A stretch of 64,000 nt of DNA from Pirellulales bacterium (GTDB taxonomy: Bacteria > Planctomycetota > Planctomycetia > Pirellulales > DATAWG01): positions 15,310 to 79,309 of the forward strand of contig JBBQWR010000013.1 of NCBI GenBank assembly GCA_038210495.1. Reading direction: 5' to 3'. How positions within the stretch are numbered: position 1 is the stretch's first letter; the number at the start of each line of letters is the position of its first letter. Positions 17,311 to 27,619 of the stretch are shown here, one piece after another. The notes beneath the pieces were generated by a model. The model did no database searches and was not told where the DNA came from. It saw only the letters and a program-made list of their open reading frames with translations. The position numbers were made by a program, and so were the translations under genes.

Positions 17311-19323
17311 CTATTCGATTTCGATGATCGTTTGCGTTTCGCCATCGCGGCCGAACCGGGCGCAGAGAAAATCGGTCGATAGATTCTGGCCGAGCACCGT
17401 GCGATTGGCCGGCGCGGTCAGCGAGCGATAGACGAGCCATTGCCGCCGACCGAATTGCACCCGGTAGCCGGTGGCGATGTCGCGGGCAAGATTCACGCGC
17501 TGCTGGGCTACCGTCAATCGCCGCCAGGTGAACGGTTTGTCGGCTCGGCGTTTCGAGAGATCGATCCACAGCGGAGCGTAAAGCGACTGTCCGCGAGCGA
17601 TTTGGCTCAGCGTGAGTTGGCTGCCGGTGGCCGATAGCGAGCAGCCTCGAGCCTCGCGGCGCCATTCGCTCAGCGCCAAGGGGAGCGCCAGCGCTCGCCG
17701 TTTAGCCGCGCGAAGAAATAATTCGGTCGATTCGTCCGCCGATCGCGTTTCGACGCCCGAGACAAGCGGCAACTGCCCCCGATAAGAGAAATCCTGGGTC
17801 TCATCGGCCAACACGGCGTCGGCCAGCAGCAAAAACTGGTCGTTTCGGGCGAGCAGCATTTGCCGCTGCATCTTGACGGCGCCGGCAAGCTCAATTTCCA
17901 ACTCCAGATAATCGCAGTCGCGGTCGCTGAGCCAGCAGACTTCGCGCCAAGGTCCGATGGGAGCCGCGACCGCGCCGTTCGCTTGGACTTCGAAATCCCA
18001 GTTGCCGCTGAACAGGAGTTCCGATCCGAGCGCGACTTCAATGCGGGTCTGGTCTTGTTGAAATGCGACGCTCAATCGGTCGGCGCGGCTAGTCCAATCG
18101 CTTCGGAGCACGGCTAGTTCCGACCATTCGGAGTAGACGGCCGGCGACGGAAACTGCGTCAGCTTAATTTTTGGCGCGGCTTGCTTTCGCTGGCTCGACA
18201 CGGTCAGGTTTGCGATGCGACGATTGTGTTTGTTCTTGACTAGCTCGCTGGCCACCTCGGCGAGCCAGCGGAAGTCGCGGCGCGAATAAGCGCCGCCCGC
18301 GATCGATCGAGTATTGCCGTTTTGCGACCCCGCCAGAGTGCACTCCGTGGCGACCGGCGCCGACTCAAGTGGCGAAAGCACGCACGTCCCATCTTGCCGA
18401 GTCAATCGCCAAGCCTCGCGCACGGCCAAAGGGAATTGCTCCTCGGCGCTGGCGTTCCAGCAGCCATCGTCAAGATGCCCGCCCATCAACCGGCAGCGTG
18501 TCCAGCAGGCGATCAAGGGCCGAAACATCGCGAGATATTGTTGCTGCGGCAGCCCTTCGCCATCGAGCAATTCCTCGATTCCAACCGACAACGCTTCGGT
18601 TGCGAGCGGAAGCAACTGGCGACAGGGCTTTAATTCGGGGAGCGAATAGGCCAGCGTCAGGCGCAACTCACCGCGAACTAACTGATGCGCTAGGGGATTG
18701 TCGCCCAGCGGCACGCGGGCGTCGACGGCCGCGTGCAACAGTCGCTCGAGGACTCGCCACCATAGGTCGCGCTGAAATAGATTGATTCGCGCGACGAGCA
18801 GATGCGACCAGCCGAGGCACTCCAGGGCCCAACCGCTATCGTGAGCCGACCCACTGCCGTTGACCGATTCGCCGCCGGCGCCCCCGAACTCTTCCAGCCA
18901 AGTCTCGGCGTTGGCCGCGACAATCGCGGCGGATGCGTTCCCGCTGCCGTGCCGACGGCCAAGCAGAGTGAGCAACCAACCGAGCCGGCGAGATATCGGC
19001 AGATCGGCGCTGCCCCAATTGAGCATCGAATGTTTGGATTTGCAGAGCTTAGCGGGCGGCAGTGGTTTTTTGCGGCGGAGCAGATGCTTCTTCCAAGCCT
19101 TCCAGCCGGCCGCGACATCTCCGGCGGCGTATGCGGCGAGGACCTTCTCCGGCGCACTTTCATCCCAGAGCGTTTCATCGGCGAATAATCCGGCAGGGCC
19201 GTCGCGCCGGGCCATTGGCGTCTCAGGCGTCAAGAGTCCGCTTGTCGCATGCTCGTGTAGCGCGGCGGCAATATCGGAGACACTCGCTGCGGCGCCGGGC
19301 TCGGTCGACTTTTCATAGGACAT
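17311..19323 (-). CDS. hypothetical protein (C-terminal region weakly reminiscent of heparinase II/III-like proteins)
   Basis: 670-aa ORF with no overlapping better candidate. The product call rests only on general resemblance and is not verified. Confidence 0.5.
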   Translation of the reverse strand: MSYEKSTEPGAAASVSDIAAALHEHATSGLLTPETPMARRDGPAGLFADETLWDESAPEKVLAAYAAGDVAAGWKAWKKHLLRRKKPLPPAKLCKSKHSMLNWGSADLPISRRLGWLLTLLGRRHGSGNASAAIVAANAETWLEEFGGAGGESVNGSGSAHDSGWALECLGWSHLLVARINLFQRDLWWRVLERLLHAAVDARVPLGDNPLAHQLVRGELRLTLAYSLPELKPCRQLLPLATEALSVGIEELLDGEGLPQQQYLAMFRPLIACWTRCRLMGGHLDDGCWNASAEEQFPLAVREAWRLTRQDGTCVLSPLESAPVATECTLAGSQNGNTRSIAGGAYSRRDFRWLAEVASELVKNKHNRRIANLTVSSQRKQAAPKIKLTQFPSPAVYSEWSELAVLRSDWTSRADRLSVAFQQDQTRIEVALGSELLFSGNWDFEVQANGAVAAPIGPWREVCWLSDRDCDYLELEIELAGAVKMQRQMLLARNDQFLLLADAVLADETQDFSYRGQLPLVSGVETRSADESTELFLRAAKRRALALPLALSEWRREARGCSLSATGSQLTLSQIARGQSLYAPLWIDLSKRRADKPFTWRRLTVAQQRVNLARDIATGYRVQFGRRQWLVYRSLTAPANRTVLGQNLSTDFLCARFGRDGETQTIIEIE

Positions 19324-19535
19324 GCGTTGAACTGCCTTATCGCGAGTCGGTCGGCGGAATATCGTTTCCGGCGGATTCGCCGGCCACCCACGGCTGCCTG
19401 TTATCTCTTCCGCGGACCGGGTATCTTAACAAATGCGAGGCCAGACCGACATTGGCCCCCGAGGTTTTCGCTAGGGCCGGCTAAGTCGGCTCAGAACGAG
19501 GTCGATCCAATATCTTCACGGTAACAGGTATCCCA

Positions 19536-20339
19536 ATGACTCATTCACACGGGCGGATGGTGCATCGCGTCATCTTATGTGGCGCCGCGGTACTGCTTGG
19601 CGGAATGCTGTTCATCGTGAATCGGGCGTTAGGCGCCGACGCGAAACCGGTGGAAACTCCGCGGGAAACGGCCAAGCCGCCCGTGACCGCTGATCGCGAC
19701 AAAAATGTCGCCGACACGGATCGCGTGTATCTCACGCAGCAGCGCGATCTGTGGCTCGACAAGAAGAACAAGCAACTGGTCATGAAGGGCAAGATAGCGG
19801 TTCGCAAAGGGACCCTCGAAATGTTCGCTTGCCCCAAGGGGACCAAGGAGCACGAGTCGATCGTCGCGGTTGCGTGCAAGGCGGCGCCCGTGCATGCCGG
19901 CCTGCTGGCGCTCGGCGCCAAGCCGGGTCACCCTTCAAAATTCGACGACAGTTTTCATCCGGCGACCGGAGCTCAGATCGACGTGCTGGTGCGCTGGACC
20001 GGCGACGACGGCAAGCCGCATGAGGCCAAGGGGCAAGATTGGATCCGCAACACGAAGACCGGCAAATCGCTCGAATATCCGTGGGTCTTCGGCGGCAGCG
20101 TTTTTCGCACCGATCCCGACACGAACGAAAAGTATTATCTGGCCGACAGTGGAGACTTTATCTGCGTCGCCAATTTCCCCACCGCGATGATGGACCTGCC
20201 GATCGAGAGCCCCAAGGATTGGAGCGAGCATCTCTTCGAGCCGTTCACCGATCGAATCCCGGCCAGAGACACGGAAGTCGAGCTCGTGCTGACGCCGAAG
20301 CCGGAAAAGGAAAAGGCGCGGGAGCCGGACCATAAATAA
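19536..20339 (+). CDS. secreted/anchored hypothetical protein (possible YdjY-like domain)
   Basis: 267 aa. N-terminal hydrophobic anchor VILCGAAVLLGGMLFIV, and a motif LEMFACPKGTKEHESIVAV…VHAGLLALGAKPGHP. Confidence 0.5.
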   Translation: MTHSHGRMVHRVILCGAAVLLGGMLFIVNRALGADAKPVETPRETAKPPVTADRDKNVADTDRVYLTQQRDLWLDKKNKQLVMKGKIAVRKGTLEMFACPKGTKEHESIVAVACKAAPVHAGLLALGAKPGHPSKFDDSFHPATGAQIDVLVRWTGDDGKPHEAKGQDWIRNTKTGKSLEYPWVFGGSVFRTDPDTNEKYYLADSGDFICVANFPTAMMDLPIESPKDWSEHLFEPFTDRIPARDTEVELVLTPKPEKEKAREPDHK

Positions 20340-20348
20340 AGGCTAGCG

Positions 20349-20385
20349 CTCCGGAGAAGGGGACAGTCCCCGGCGGTTTTGTGAG
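20349..20385 (+). repeat. 37-nt terminator-like repeat, copy A (CTCCGGAGAAGGGGACAGTCCCCGGCGGTTTTGTGAG)
   Basis: Starts 10 nt after the stop at 20339, between convergent genes. A small GGGGA/TCCCC hairpin is followed by GGCGG and TTTT. A near-identical copy lies at 61345-61380 on the - strand. Confidence 0.6.
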
Positions 20386-20390
20386 GCTTC

Positions 20391-21728
20391 TTAAATTCCA
20401 AACTGCCTCAGCACCAAGTCGAACACGTCGGTGTCGGCCATCGGGGGGCCTTCAAGCACGCCGGGCTGAGACGTGAGCAGCACGCCGCGCTGCGATTGAT
20501 CCAGAGCGGGCGCTCCGTGCGAGCCCTTCACCAACGTGGCGTCGAGCGGGACGCTCTTGGTCGCGAAGTCGAAGAACAACTCGACGGGGTCGTAGCCCGG
20601 CTTGCGGTGGATATCGACCGTGCGAGCGAATTTCGGCGCCCGAGCGTCATCGAGCCACCAGTAGTAGGCCTGCCAACTGTTGGGCTTGGAGACCAGCACC
20701 AGGTCGCCACAGTGGGGATGGTTGATCTCGAATCGGGCCAGATCGTCTCCGAACAAAATCTGGTCTATGCCTTCACACCCGACGAACAAGTTTTGAACCC
20801 GCTTGAGGTCGGCCTTCGCGTCCTTTAGATACACGTGCGAAAACTGATGATCCACCATCGCCCAGGCTTTGCTCGCGGCGAGATCGAGTTGTTCGCCGTC
20901 GGCTTCCCCTTTTACCGAAAGCAAGCCGGCCTCGCGCAGCAATCGGTTCGGATAGACGACGTTATCCACCGGGTTGATCGCATACTCGCTGGCCACGAGC
21001 CACAGCGGCTCGTCCTTCTTGTCCGATAAACCGGCGTATGCTTCTTGAAAGCCGCCGAACAGACGGCCCATGTGCTCATCGAGATCGACGAGCGCCGCCT
21101 TAGCTTCGGGACTATCGGGCCCATTTTTTTGGGCGGCATAATCGAGATGCGGCAGATAGATGTAGAAAAAGTTGGGCCGCTCGCGGCGGGCCAGATGGAT
21201 GGCCGAGTCGATGATCCACGCCGAAGATTTGATATTCGCCAGCGGTCCCCAAAAATGATGCAAGGGAAAATGGCCGATTGCGTCGCGCAACTCGCCGTAA
21301 AGCTCCGTCGGCCGCGTATAGCACCACAGCGATTCGGAACCGTCCGGATTGTGAATCGGCGCCGGCGTGCAAATCCACGCCGCTTCGGCGCCTTTGGCCA
21401 ACATCGGAAACCAAACGGCCGAGCGAATTCGGTCGTCGTGCTGGTGCAAGATGTCCCAAAGCTGCGGGCTACCGACGGCGCTGTTCCAGGCCGTCCACAT
21501 CTCGACCTGTTGCTTGTCGCGCCAATAGAAACCGTTGGCCACGACACCATGCTGCACGGGCATCTTGCCCGTGGTCATGTTAATCTGCACGGGGCAGGTC
21601 ACGCAGGGAAAGCTCGGCGCTAGCGACACGCGATCGCCGCCGCCAGTCAGGCCGCTCAGATTCGGCATCGTCGCTAAATCTTTTTCCCGCAGGCCGGGAA
21701 CGCTCAAAAGCACAACGTGGTCGGGCAT
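20391..21728 (-). CDS. alkaline phosphatase / nucleotide pyrophosphatase-phosphodiesterase family protein
   Basis: Start taken at the internal ATG ([18 protein letters not shown]…). It also has …FPCVTCPVQ (nucleophile Thr region), YIYLPHLDY and KGSHG. Confidence 0.75.
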   Translation of the reverse strand: MPDHVVLLSVPGLREKDLATMPNLSGLTGGGDRVSLAPSFPCVTCPVQINMTTGKMPVQHGVVANGFYWRDKQQVEMWTAWNSAVGSPQLWDILHQHDDRIRSAVWFPMLAKGAEAAWICTPAPIHNPDGSESLWCYTRPTELYGELRDAIGHFPLHHFWGPLANIKSSAWIIDSAIHLARRERPNFFYIYLPHLDYAAQKNGPDSPEAKAALVDLDEHMGRLFGGFQEAYAGLSDKKDEPLWLVASEYAINPVDNVVYPNRLLREAGLLSVKGEADGEQLDLAASKAWAMVDHQFSHVYLKDAKADLKRVQNLFVGCEGIDQILFGDDLARFEINHPHCGDLVLVSKPNSWQAYYWWLDDARAPKFARTVDIHRKPGYDPVELFFDFATKSVPLDATLVKGSHGAPALDQSQRGVLLTSQPGVLEGPPMADTDVFDLVLRQFGI

Positions 21729-21828
21729 CGGAAGCAGGCCAGAAGTCAAAGAAAAAAGACGAGCAGTGGGCGTAAGCCCCCTGTCCAAGATTCAACGGCG
21801 CCAAAGACTCCAGATCACCATTTCCCCG

Positions 21829-22245
21829 CTACCGCGCCAATCGCTCAAGCTCCTCGGCATGATCGGTCTCTTCCGCCAAAATATCCTCTAGCCGAATGAC
21901 CAAGCCCTTTTCGCCCAGTTCCTCGGCCATCGCGATATGCCGGGTGTAGTTCTCGATGATCTTCCGTTCGGCCGCGACGTCTTCCTGGAGCATGTCCTTG
22001 GCCGATTTGTGCTTCTTGGGCATCTGCGGATTGATCGTCGGCTCGCCGCCGAGCGTGACGATCTTGTCGGCCAAGAACATCGCATGCTCGATTTCGCCGG
22101 TCAGATCTTCCTTGAGCGATTCCCGCAGCTCGTGGCCGAGCATGCCGGTTGCCGTGGCGGAGTGCAGCATCATGCGCATCACGGCCTCGAGCTCCAAGTT
22201 GAGGTCTTCGTTCAGTCCGTCGATGAGCGCCTGTTTATCGGCCAT
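21829..22245 (-). CDS. ferritin-like (bacterioferritin/rubrerythrin-like) four-helix-bundle protein
   Basis: Internal ATG at 22245. MADKQALIDGLNEDLNLELEAV…EIEHAMFLADKI…EDVAAERKII…ILAEETDHAEELERL shows paired E…ExxH di-iron motifs. Confidence 0.75.
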   Translation of the reverse strand: MADKQALIDGLNEDLNLELEAVMRMMLHSATATGMLGHELRESLKEDLTGEIEHAMFLADKIVTLGGEPTINPQMPKKHKSAKDMLQEDVAAERKIIENYTRHIAMAEELGEKGLVIRLEDILAEETDHAEELERLAR

Positions 22246-22348
22246 GCTATTTCTCCAAGAGAATGAAGTACGTCGTTGTCGGTGGGGTGTTCGTAAAGCG
22301 TTATGACCAAGATGGTAACACTGAAGCAAACTGTTCGCTAGGCAACGT

Positions 22349-22446
22349 GTAGGTCAGGCATCCTGCCTGACGGGCGCGCCGTCGGCTAGGCTGCCGGGTC
22401 GAATATGCGATGAGATCAAGAGAGTCAGGCAGGATGCCTGACCTGC
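22349..22446. repeat. REP-like palindromic pair (inverted copies of GTAGGTCAGGCATCCTGCCTGAC)
   Basis: Left unit is at 22349-22371 and the inverted right unit at 22424-22446 (one mismatch). Each unit is itself a hairpin (GTCAGGCA-TCC-TGCCTGAC). The same 23-mer recurs at 53811 and 53936. Confidence 0.8.
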
Positions 22447-23282
22447 GTGGATGGTGAAATCAGCGGCTGCAGGAAATCGAAGGCCGCTCGCGCCGCTTCG
22501 GGCGCCTGGTGGCTGTGCCGACTCAGCTCGACCTGCACGAGACCGCGATAATCGACGCTCGCCAGCTCGCGAATCACCGGCGGGAAGTCAATTTCTCCCT
22601 CGCCGAACATCAGATGCTCGTGAACGCCGCGGCGCATGTCCTCGATATGCACGTTGACGAGTCGATCGCTCCAGCGGTGAATCTGCGGGGCAAGCGGTGT
22701 CTCGCCCTGGCAGTGCAAATGGCCGATGTCGAGCGTCAGCTTCAGTGCCGGCGAATCGAGTCGCTCGAGCAATCGCTCGAACATGGGCATCGTATCGATG
22801 AGCATCCCGGGCTCGGGCTCAAATCCAACGATCACGCCGTTTGCATCCGCATATTCACATACGCGGCGCAGTCCATCCACCAGTCGATCGATCCCTACAT
22901 CGACAACGATCGGCTCGCGTAGAATCCCCGACCAGAGAGAAACGCAATCGCTTTCTAAGGCATGGGCCACGTCGATGGCCCGGTAGAGAAATTCGATTCT
23001 TCGCGCCCGGCCGCCAGGATCGGCCGAGACGAGCGTCGGCTCGTGCTTTCGTCTGGGGTCGAGCAAGAACCGCGCGCCCGTCTCGACCACCGATCGCAAT
23101 TGATGTCGGTCCAGCAGCTTCCGCATGGCGCTAACGGATTCTGAGAAATCCGGCGACCAGGGATTCAGCCATCCGCGATCGAGCGTGATGCCGACGCCCC
23201 GATACCCGATCTCGGCCAGCAGCGAGATGGCGTCATCGGGGGCGTGATGCGCAAAGCCGTTCGTGTTGTAGGCGAGCAGCAT
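22425..23282 (-). CDS. sugar phosphate isomerase/epimerase (xylose-isomerase-like TIM barrel)
   Basis: 285 aa. MLLAYNTNGFAHH…, GFEPEPG, LDIGHLHC and NVHIEDM are typical AP-endonuclease-2/xylose-isomerase-like motifs. Confidence 0.8.
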   Translation of the reverse strand: MLLAYNTNGFAHHAPDDAISLLAEIGYRGVGITLDRGWLNPWSPDFSESVSAMRKLLDRHQLRSVVETGARFLLDPRRKHEPTLVSADPGGRARRIEFLYRAIDVAHALESDCVSLWSGILREPIVVDVGIDRLVDGLRRVCEYADANGVIVGFEPEPGMLIDTMPMFERLLERLDSPALKLTLDIGHLHCQGETPLAPQIHRWSDRLVNVHIEDMRRGVHEHLMFGEGEIDFPPVIRELASVDYRGLVQVELSRHSHQAPEAARAAFDFLQPLISPSTQVRHPA

Positions 23283-23290
23283 CGTGGAAA

Positions 23291-26200
23291 TCAGATTCCC
23301 ACATCGCGAACCAACCGCTCGTAACTCTCCATTTCGGCCTTCGTCAGGCTGTTGGTATCGAGCTGCGCATCCTTGGCTTGCTGTAAGGTCTCACGCGCGG
23401 CGGTACGGTCCGCAGCCAAGTTTTGAGCACAGGCTAAGTGCAACAGTTTCAAAGGGGATGGCTCCGGAAGCATGACGGCCTGCTGATAATCGGATACAGC
23501 CGCTTTGAAATTCTCCATCGCTACGTGGACGGTCCCACGAGTATCCATGACGTCGGAAGAGAAGCCGATGAGCTGGGCGGCTTTGTTGACCATTTCCAGG
23601 GCCTCGGGAAGATCCTTCTTCTGGTTGGCCAACGAGAACGCCAGATTGTTGAGTAGAATCGCCCGCTGGCTGAATTTCACGTCGGATCGCGCGAGCAGCT
23701 TGCGCATCTCTTTTTCGGCGTCGGCGGGGCGTCCGGCGATATCGAGGAAATCGGCGTATTGCACGCCCAGCGGCACCGAATCGGCGTCTTTGGCGAGCGA
23801 TTGCTGAAACCATTTCTCAACTCGCTGTATTTGCTCGGGTTGAATTTTTCGCGGCTGGGCTCGCAGGGCCGTGCAGCACAGTTGCATCACGGCCGGCGCG
23901 GGCTGAGTCTTGAGCGCCGTCTCGCATAAGTCGAGCGCCTCGTCGATCTTTCCTACCCGGGCCAAGAATGCGGCCAATTGCATCGTCCCGGTTTCGGTGT
24001 CGTAGGTCGCAAACTCGCGATACATTTCTTCCGCGGCGTCGAGCAGCCCCAATTGATCGGTCAACAGAGCCACGGTGCGAAGCAAATTAACCTTGTCGGC
24101 CGGTATGGGGCGCGGCGGAATGACCCGCTTGAGCAAGGCGATGGCATCGGCCGGATGCCCCTCTTTGACGAGAATCCGGGCCCGCAGATACCAGCCCGCG
24201 AAGGGCTGGGCGGAGTCCAGGCGTTCCAGCCAATTCTTGGCGTCCGCCAACTCGTGATGCCGGATCAGCATCTCGACAAACATCGCGTACAGCTCTTTTT
24301 CGGGCTTGGATTGCGATACCAGCGAGAACATTTCGCCGCGAGCCTTGTTCCACTCGCCCGTGACGTCGTGCAATCGGGCGAGCGTCATTTGCTCGCGGCG
24401 AGCAAGCGGCGGACGCAGTTTTTCCAGCCACTGAGCGGCTTCGCGCCACGAGGTCGGTTCGTCGTTGCGGGCCGCCAGAAGCGTGGCCAGCCGGATTTTG
24501 TCGTCTTGATTTTCCTCGTCGAGCTTGACGTTTTCGATCAGCAGCGCTTTCGCCTTTTGAAAGTCGGAATACTCGCCCGTGGCTGCCAATAGATCGGCCA
24601 ACGCGCGACGGCCCCAAACGAGATTGGCCTTCTGCTCCGGCTTGTCCTGAGCGCCGCGGAGAACGTTGATGACCTCGGCCTTGGCTTCGTCCTTGCGACC
24701 GGTGCGAGAATAAAACATGGCGATCAGCCGATGGTTGGCCAAATCGTCCGGCGCCTGCTTGATCGCCAGTTTGTAATACTCCTCGGCTGCGGCCATTTGG
24801 CCCGTGGCTTCGTAGCCGGGGCCGAGGACTTGATTGATGCGATCCTCGGGAAGTTTTTTACGCGCTTCGAGCAATAGCCGTTCCGCTTCGGCGCTTTTTT
24901 TGTTGTTGACCAGATGGTCGATGAGCAACAGCCAAGTTTCCGGCAACTCATTGCCCATCGTCACGGCGCGGCGGAGCGACGTTTCGGCATCGTCCGGCCG
25001 TTTGGCCCGTTCATAGACATTCGCCAACCAGAGATGTCGATAGGGATCGGTGGAATCGTCCGGCGCTAGGGCTTTGGCCTCTTTTACGGCGGCATCGACG
25101 TCCCCTTGGGCGAGTAGATTTTCGACATTCACTTGCTCCAGTCCATAGCCGGCGATGTTGCTCGGACCCACCATCGCCAGGACTTCCTGAATCTCCTTCG
25201 TGCGACCGCGCTGCGAGAGCAAGTGGGCAAGCGCTCGGACTGTGACAGGATTGGGCGGCCCCAGCTTGAGTGCTTGCTGGTAGTGGGCAATCGCCACATC
25301 GCCGTTGCCATCCAACAGCTCGATTTCGCCCAAGACCCGCTCCGCTTCGTGCCAACTGCCGCGGACTTGCTTCACTTCCTCCATCAATTTGCGCGCGGTG
25401 GCCAGCGATTTGTGGTTGTCGTCCGAAAGCGGCGGTGGCTGCCGGCCGGCCGGAGTGCGGCTCTTGAGATCCTGCCGGACGAGAGCCACTTTTCGGGCCG
25501 CCTCAACGAACCGGGCCTCGGGCGACGTCGGACCCTCGATGCGGGCGATATCTTTTTGGACGCGGGCCATGACCACATCGTCGCCCGGGTCGCGAGCCAG
25601 ATCCAATAGGCCAAAACGAATCCGGACGTCGTCGGGACTGAGATCCGCGACACGCATCCAATACTTTTCGGCTCCTTCGCGGTCGCCGATCGAAAGCAGC
25701 GCGGCGCCGAGACCCGACCAAAGTCGAACTCGTTCGGCTTCGGACAATTTGTCGCTTCCCTCGTCGAGCTTGGCGAGTTGGGCTTTGACATCGTCGGCGC
25801 CTTGGCGGAGTAGAATCCCGGCGCGGTTCAACCGCAAAGCGACGCTGCCGCGAATGGCCGCGGGGGCCGAGTCCAAAATTTTGAGCGCGCCAGCCGGACC
25901 GTTTTCCCGTTCCTTTTGGGCCATCACCACCGTGGCCAAGGCCGACCAGTAGGAAACGTCCTCAGCGCCGGCCGGTTTTGCGTCTTCCAGCGTTTTACGG
26001 GCGCCGGCCAGGTCGTCCTTGCGCATCAGCACTTCCGATTTCACGAGGGCGATGGACAGCGGTTTGGCCGACGGGCTGTGCTCCAGCGCTTTCACGATCG
26101 TTTCGACTTTCGACCAGTCGCGCTCATCCGCCGGCTTCTTGGACTCTTCCTCCAAGCGGAGCTCGATCAGCGGCACCCAAACTTGCGGCGTGTCCAGCGC

Positions 26201-27619
26201 CTTGTCTTTGCCGAGCCGGGCGGCGAGAGCTTCGTAAGACTTTCGGGCCGCGTCACGTTTACCGGAGCCCATTTGCGCCGATGCCACGCCCACCTGGGCG
26301 GCCAAGTTCGTGGGGTCGATCGACAGCACTCGGTTGCACGCATCCAGTTGCTTGTCGAATTGGCCAAGCTGCTCATAGCACTGGGCGGCGAACAAGTCGC
26401 ACTGTTTGGTATGTTCTGGCGAGTTGGCCAACAGAGGTCGCAGACGCTCGAAGGTCTGGCTCGCCTGCAACCACTTGCCCTCGTTGAACGCGAGACGGGC
26501 TTGCATCAACTCCACGAGGGTCGAGGGAAAGTTGAGCTTCTCCAGTGTTTTAATGGACTCGCGAGCCGCCGGAAGGTCTTTCTGCTGAAGTTCGACCTCG
26601 AGCAAGATCCAATGCAAATCGAGTTCCTTGGGCTGCAGTTTGACCGCCTCGTTTAGCGCGGGACGAGCCAGCGCGGGCTGGTTCTGATCGATATGCAACA
26701 TCGCCCAGAGCCGATACATGGCGACGTTTTTGGGAAACAATTTTAAGCCCTTTTCCAGCAGCGGCGTGGCCTCCTTATAATCTCGCTTCAGCAGGGCCGT
26801 CTCGGCGGCGGCCAAGATCGGCTCGACCGCGTCGGGCGCGAGTTCGCGCGCGTATTTTATGTCCTTCTCCCCGTCGGTCGGCGATTTGTATTGCATCAAG
26901 TATCGGGCTCGCTCCAAATGGGCCTGATACGACTTTTCGTTCGCGTTCACCAACTGATCCATGACTTCGTCGGCGTCTTTAGGCCGCGACGGTTCCGCGC
27001 GTTCGCGGAGCAACCGCGCCAGGATGATGTAGGGACTGATCTCCTTGGGCGTCTTGGCTTTTTCGAAATCGAACTTGCTCGTTTTCAAGTCGAATCCGAT
27101 CAGCAGCGCGGCGCGTTCGATGGCCTTGTCGTACTTCGCCAACTGGGTGTACACGGTCATCAGCTTCACATCCCACTGAGCATCGTGGGCGGGCTGCTCC
27201 GTGATCCACTCCAAATGCTCGCTCGTCTCCGTGGCCAAGTCTCGGTACTTGAGACTGAGGAGAAAATCGGCGTAAAGCTGCCGCAATTCGACATTGTCGC
27301 CGTATTTGCGAACGCCCTTATTTAGCGCTTGATAGGTCTCCTTGATAAACTTTGGCGTTCGCATCGACTCAGGAGTGTCTTTGGCCAGCTTTGCCGTCGC
27401 GATGTAGACATCGACTACGTCGTCGGTCTGCTGAAGGTACTTGACGTAATGCATCAAGGCGTCCTTCTCATTGCCGGCCGCCAATTCCTCCTCGGCGTCT
27501 TGTTTCAGACTCCGCGTCATGCGCCCCATTTGGAATCGATTGGCGACCACGACGCCGACAACACAGAGGACAGCGCCAATGCACAAAAATGCGATCAGCT
27601 TGAGATTAAGTCGTTTCAT
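23291..27619 (-). CDS. giant TPR-repeat protein with N-terminal membrane anchor
   Basis: 1442 aa. N-terminal LKLIAFLCIGAVLCVVGVVVA, then dozens of TPR-like units (…A…Y..AL.L.P.N…). Confidence 0.8.
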   Translation of the reverse strand: MKRLNLKLIAFLCIGAVLCVVGVVVANRFQMGRMTRSLKQDAEEELAAGNEKDALMHYVKYLQQTDDVVDVYIATAKLAKDTPESMRTPKFIKETYQALNKGVRKYGDNVELRQLYADFLLSLKYRDLATETSEHLEWITEQPAHDAQWDVKLMTVYTQLAKYDKAIERAALLIGFDLKTSKFDFEKAKTPKEISPYIILARLLRERAEPSRPKDADEVMDQLVNANEKSYQAHLERARYLMQYKSPTDGEKDIKYARELAPDAVEPILAAAETALLKRDYKEATPLLEKGLKLFPKNVAMYRLWAMLHIDQNQPALARPALNEAVKLQPKELDLHWILLEVELQQKDLPAARESIKTLEKLNFPSTLVELMQARLAFNEGKWLQASQTFERLRPLLANSPEHTKQCDLFAAQCYEQLGQFDKQLDACNRVLSIDPTNLAAQVGVASAQMGSGKRDAARKSYEALAARLGKDKALDTPQVWVPLIELRLEEESKKPADERDWSKVETIVKALEHSPSAKPLSIALVKSEVLMRKDDLAGARKTLEDAKPAGAEDVSYWSALATVVMAQKERENGPAGALKILDSAPAAIRGSVALRLNRAGILLRQGADDVKAQLAKLDEGSDKLSEAERVRLWSGLGAALLSIGDREGAEKYWMRVADLSPDDVRIRFGLLDLARDPGDDVVMARVQKDIARIEGPTSPEARFVEAARKVALVRQDLKSRTPAGRQPPPLSDDNHKSLATARKLMEEVKQVRGSWHEAERVLGEIELLDGNGDVAIAHYQQALKLGPPNPVTVRALAHLLSQRGRTKEIQEVLAMVGPSNIAGYGLEQVNVENLLAQGDVDAAVKEAKALAPDDSTDPYRHLWLANVYERAKRPDDAETSLRRAVTMGNELPETWLLLIDHLVNNKKSAEAERLLLEARKKLPEDRINQVLGPGYEATGQMAAAEEYYKLAIKQAPDDLANHRLIAMFYSRTGRKDEAKAEVINVLRGAQDKPEQKANLVWGRRALADLLAATGEYSDFQKAKALLIENVKLDEENQDDKIRLATLLAARNDEPTSWREAAQWLEKLRPPLARREQMTLARLHDVTGEWNKARGEMFSLVSQSKPEKELYAMFVEMLIRHHELADAKNWLERLDSAQPFAGWYLRARILVKEGHPADAIALLKRVIPPRPIPADKVNLLRTVALLTDQLGLLDAAEEMYREFATYDTETGTMQLAAFLARVGKIDEALDLCETALKTQPAPAVMQLCCTALRAQPRKIQPEQIQRVEKWFQQSLAKDADSVPLGVQYADFLDIAGRPADAEKEMRKLLARSDVKFSQRAILLNNLAFSLANQKKDLPEALEMVNKAAQLIGFSSDVMDTRGTVHVAMENFKAAVSDYQQAVMLPEPSPLKLLHLACAQNLAADRTAARETLQQAKDAQLDTNSLTKAEMESYERLVRDVGI

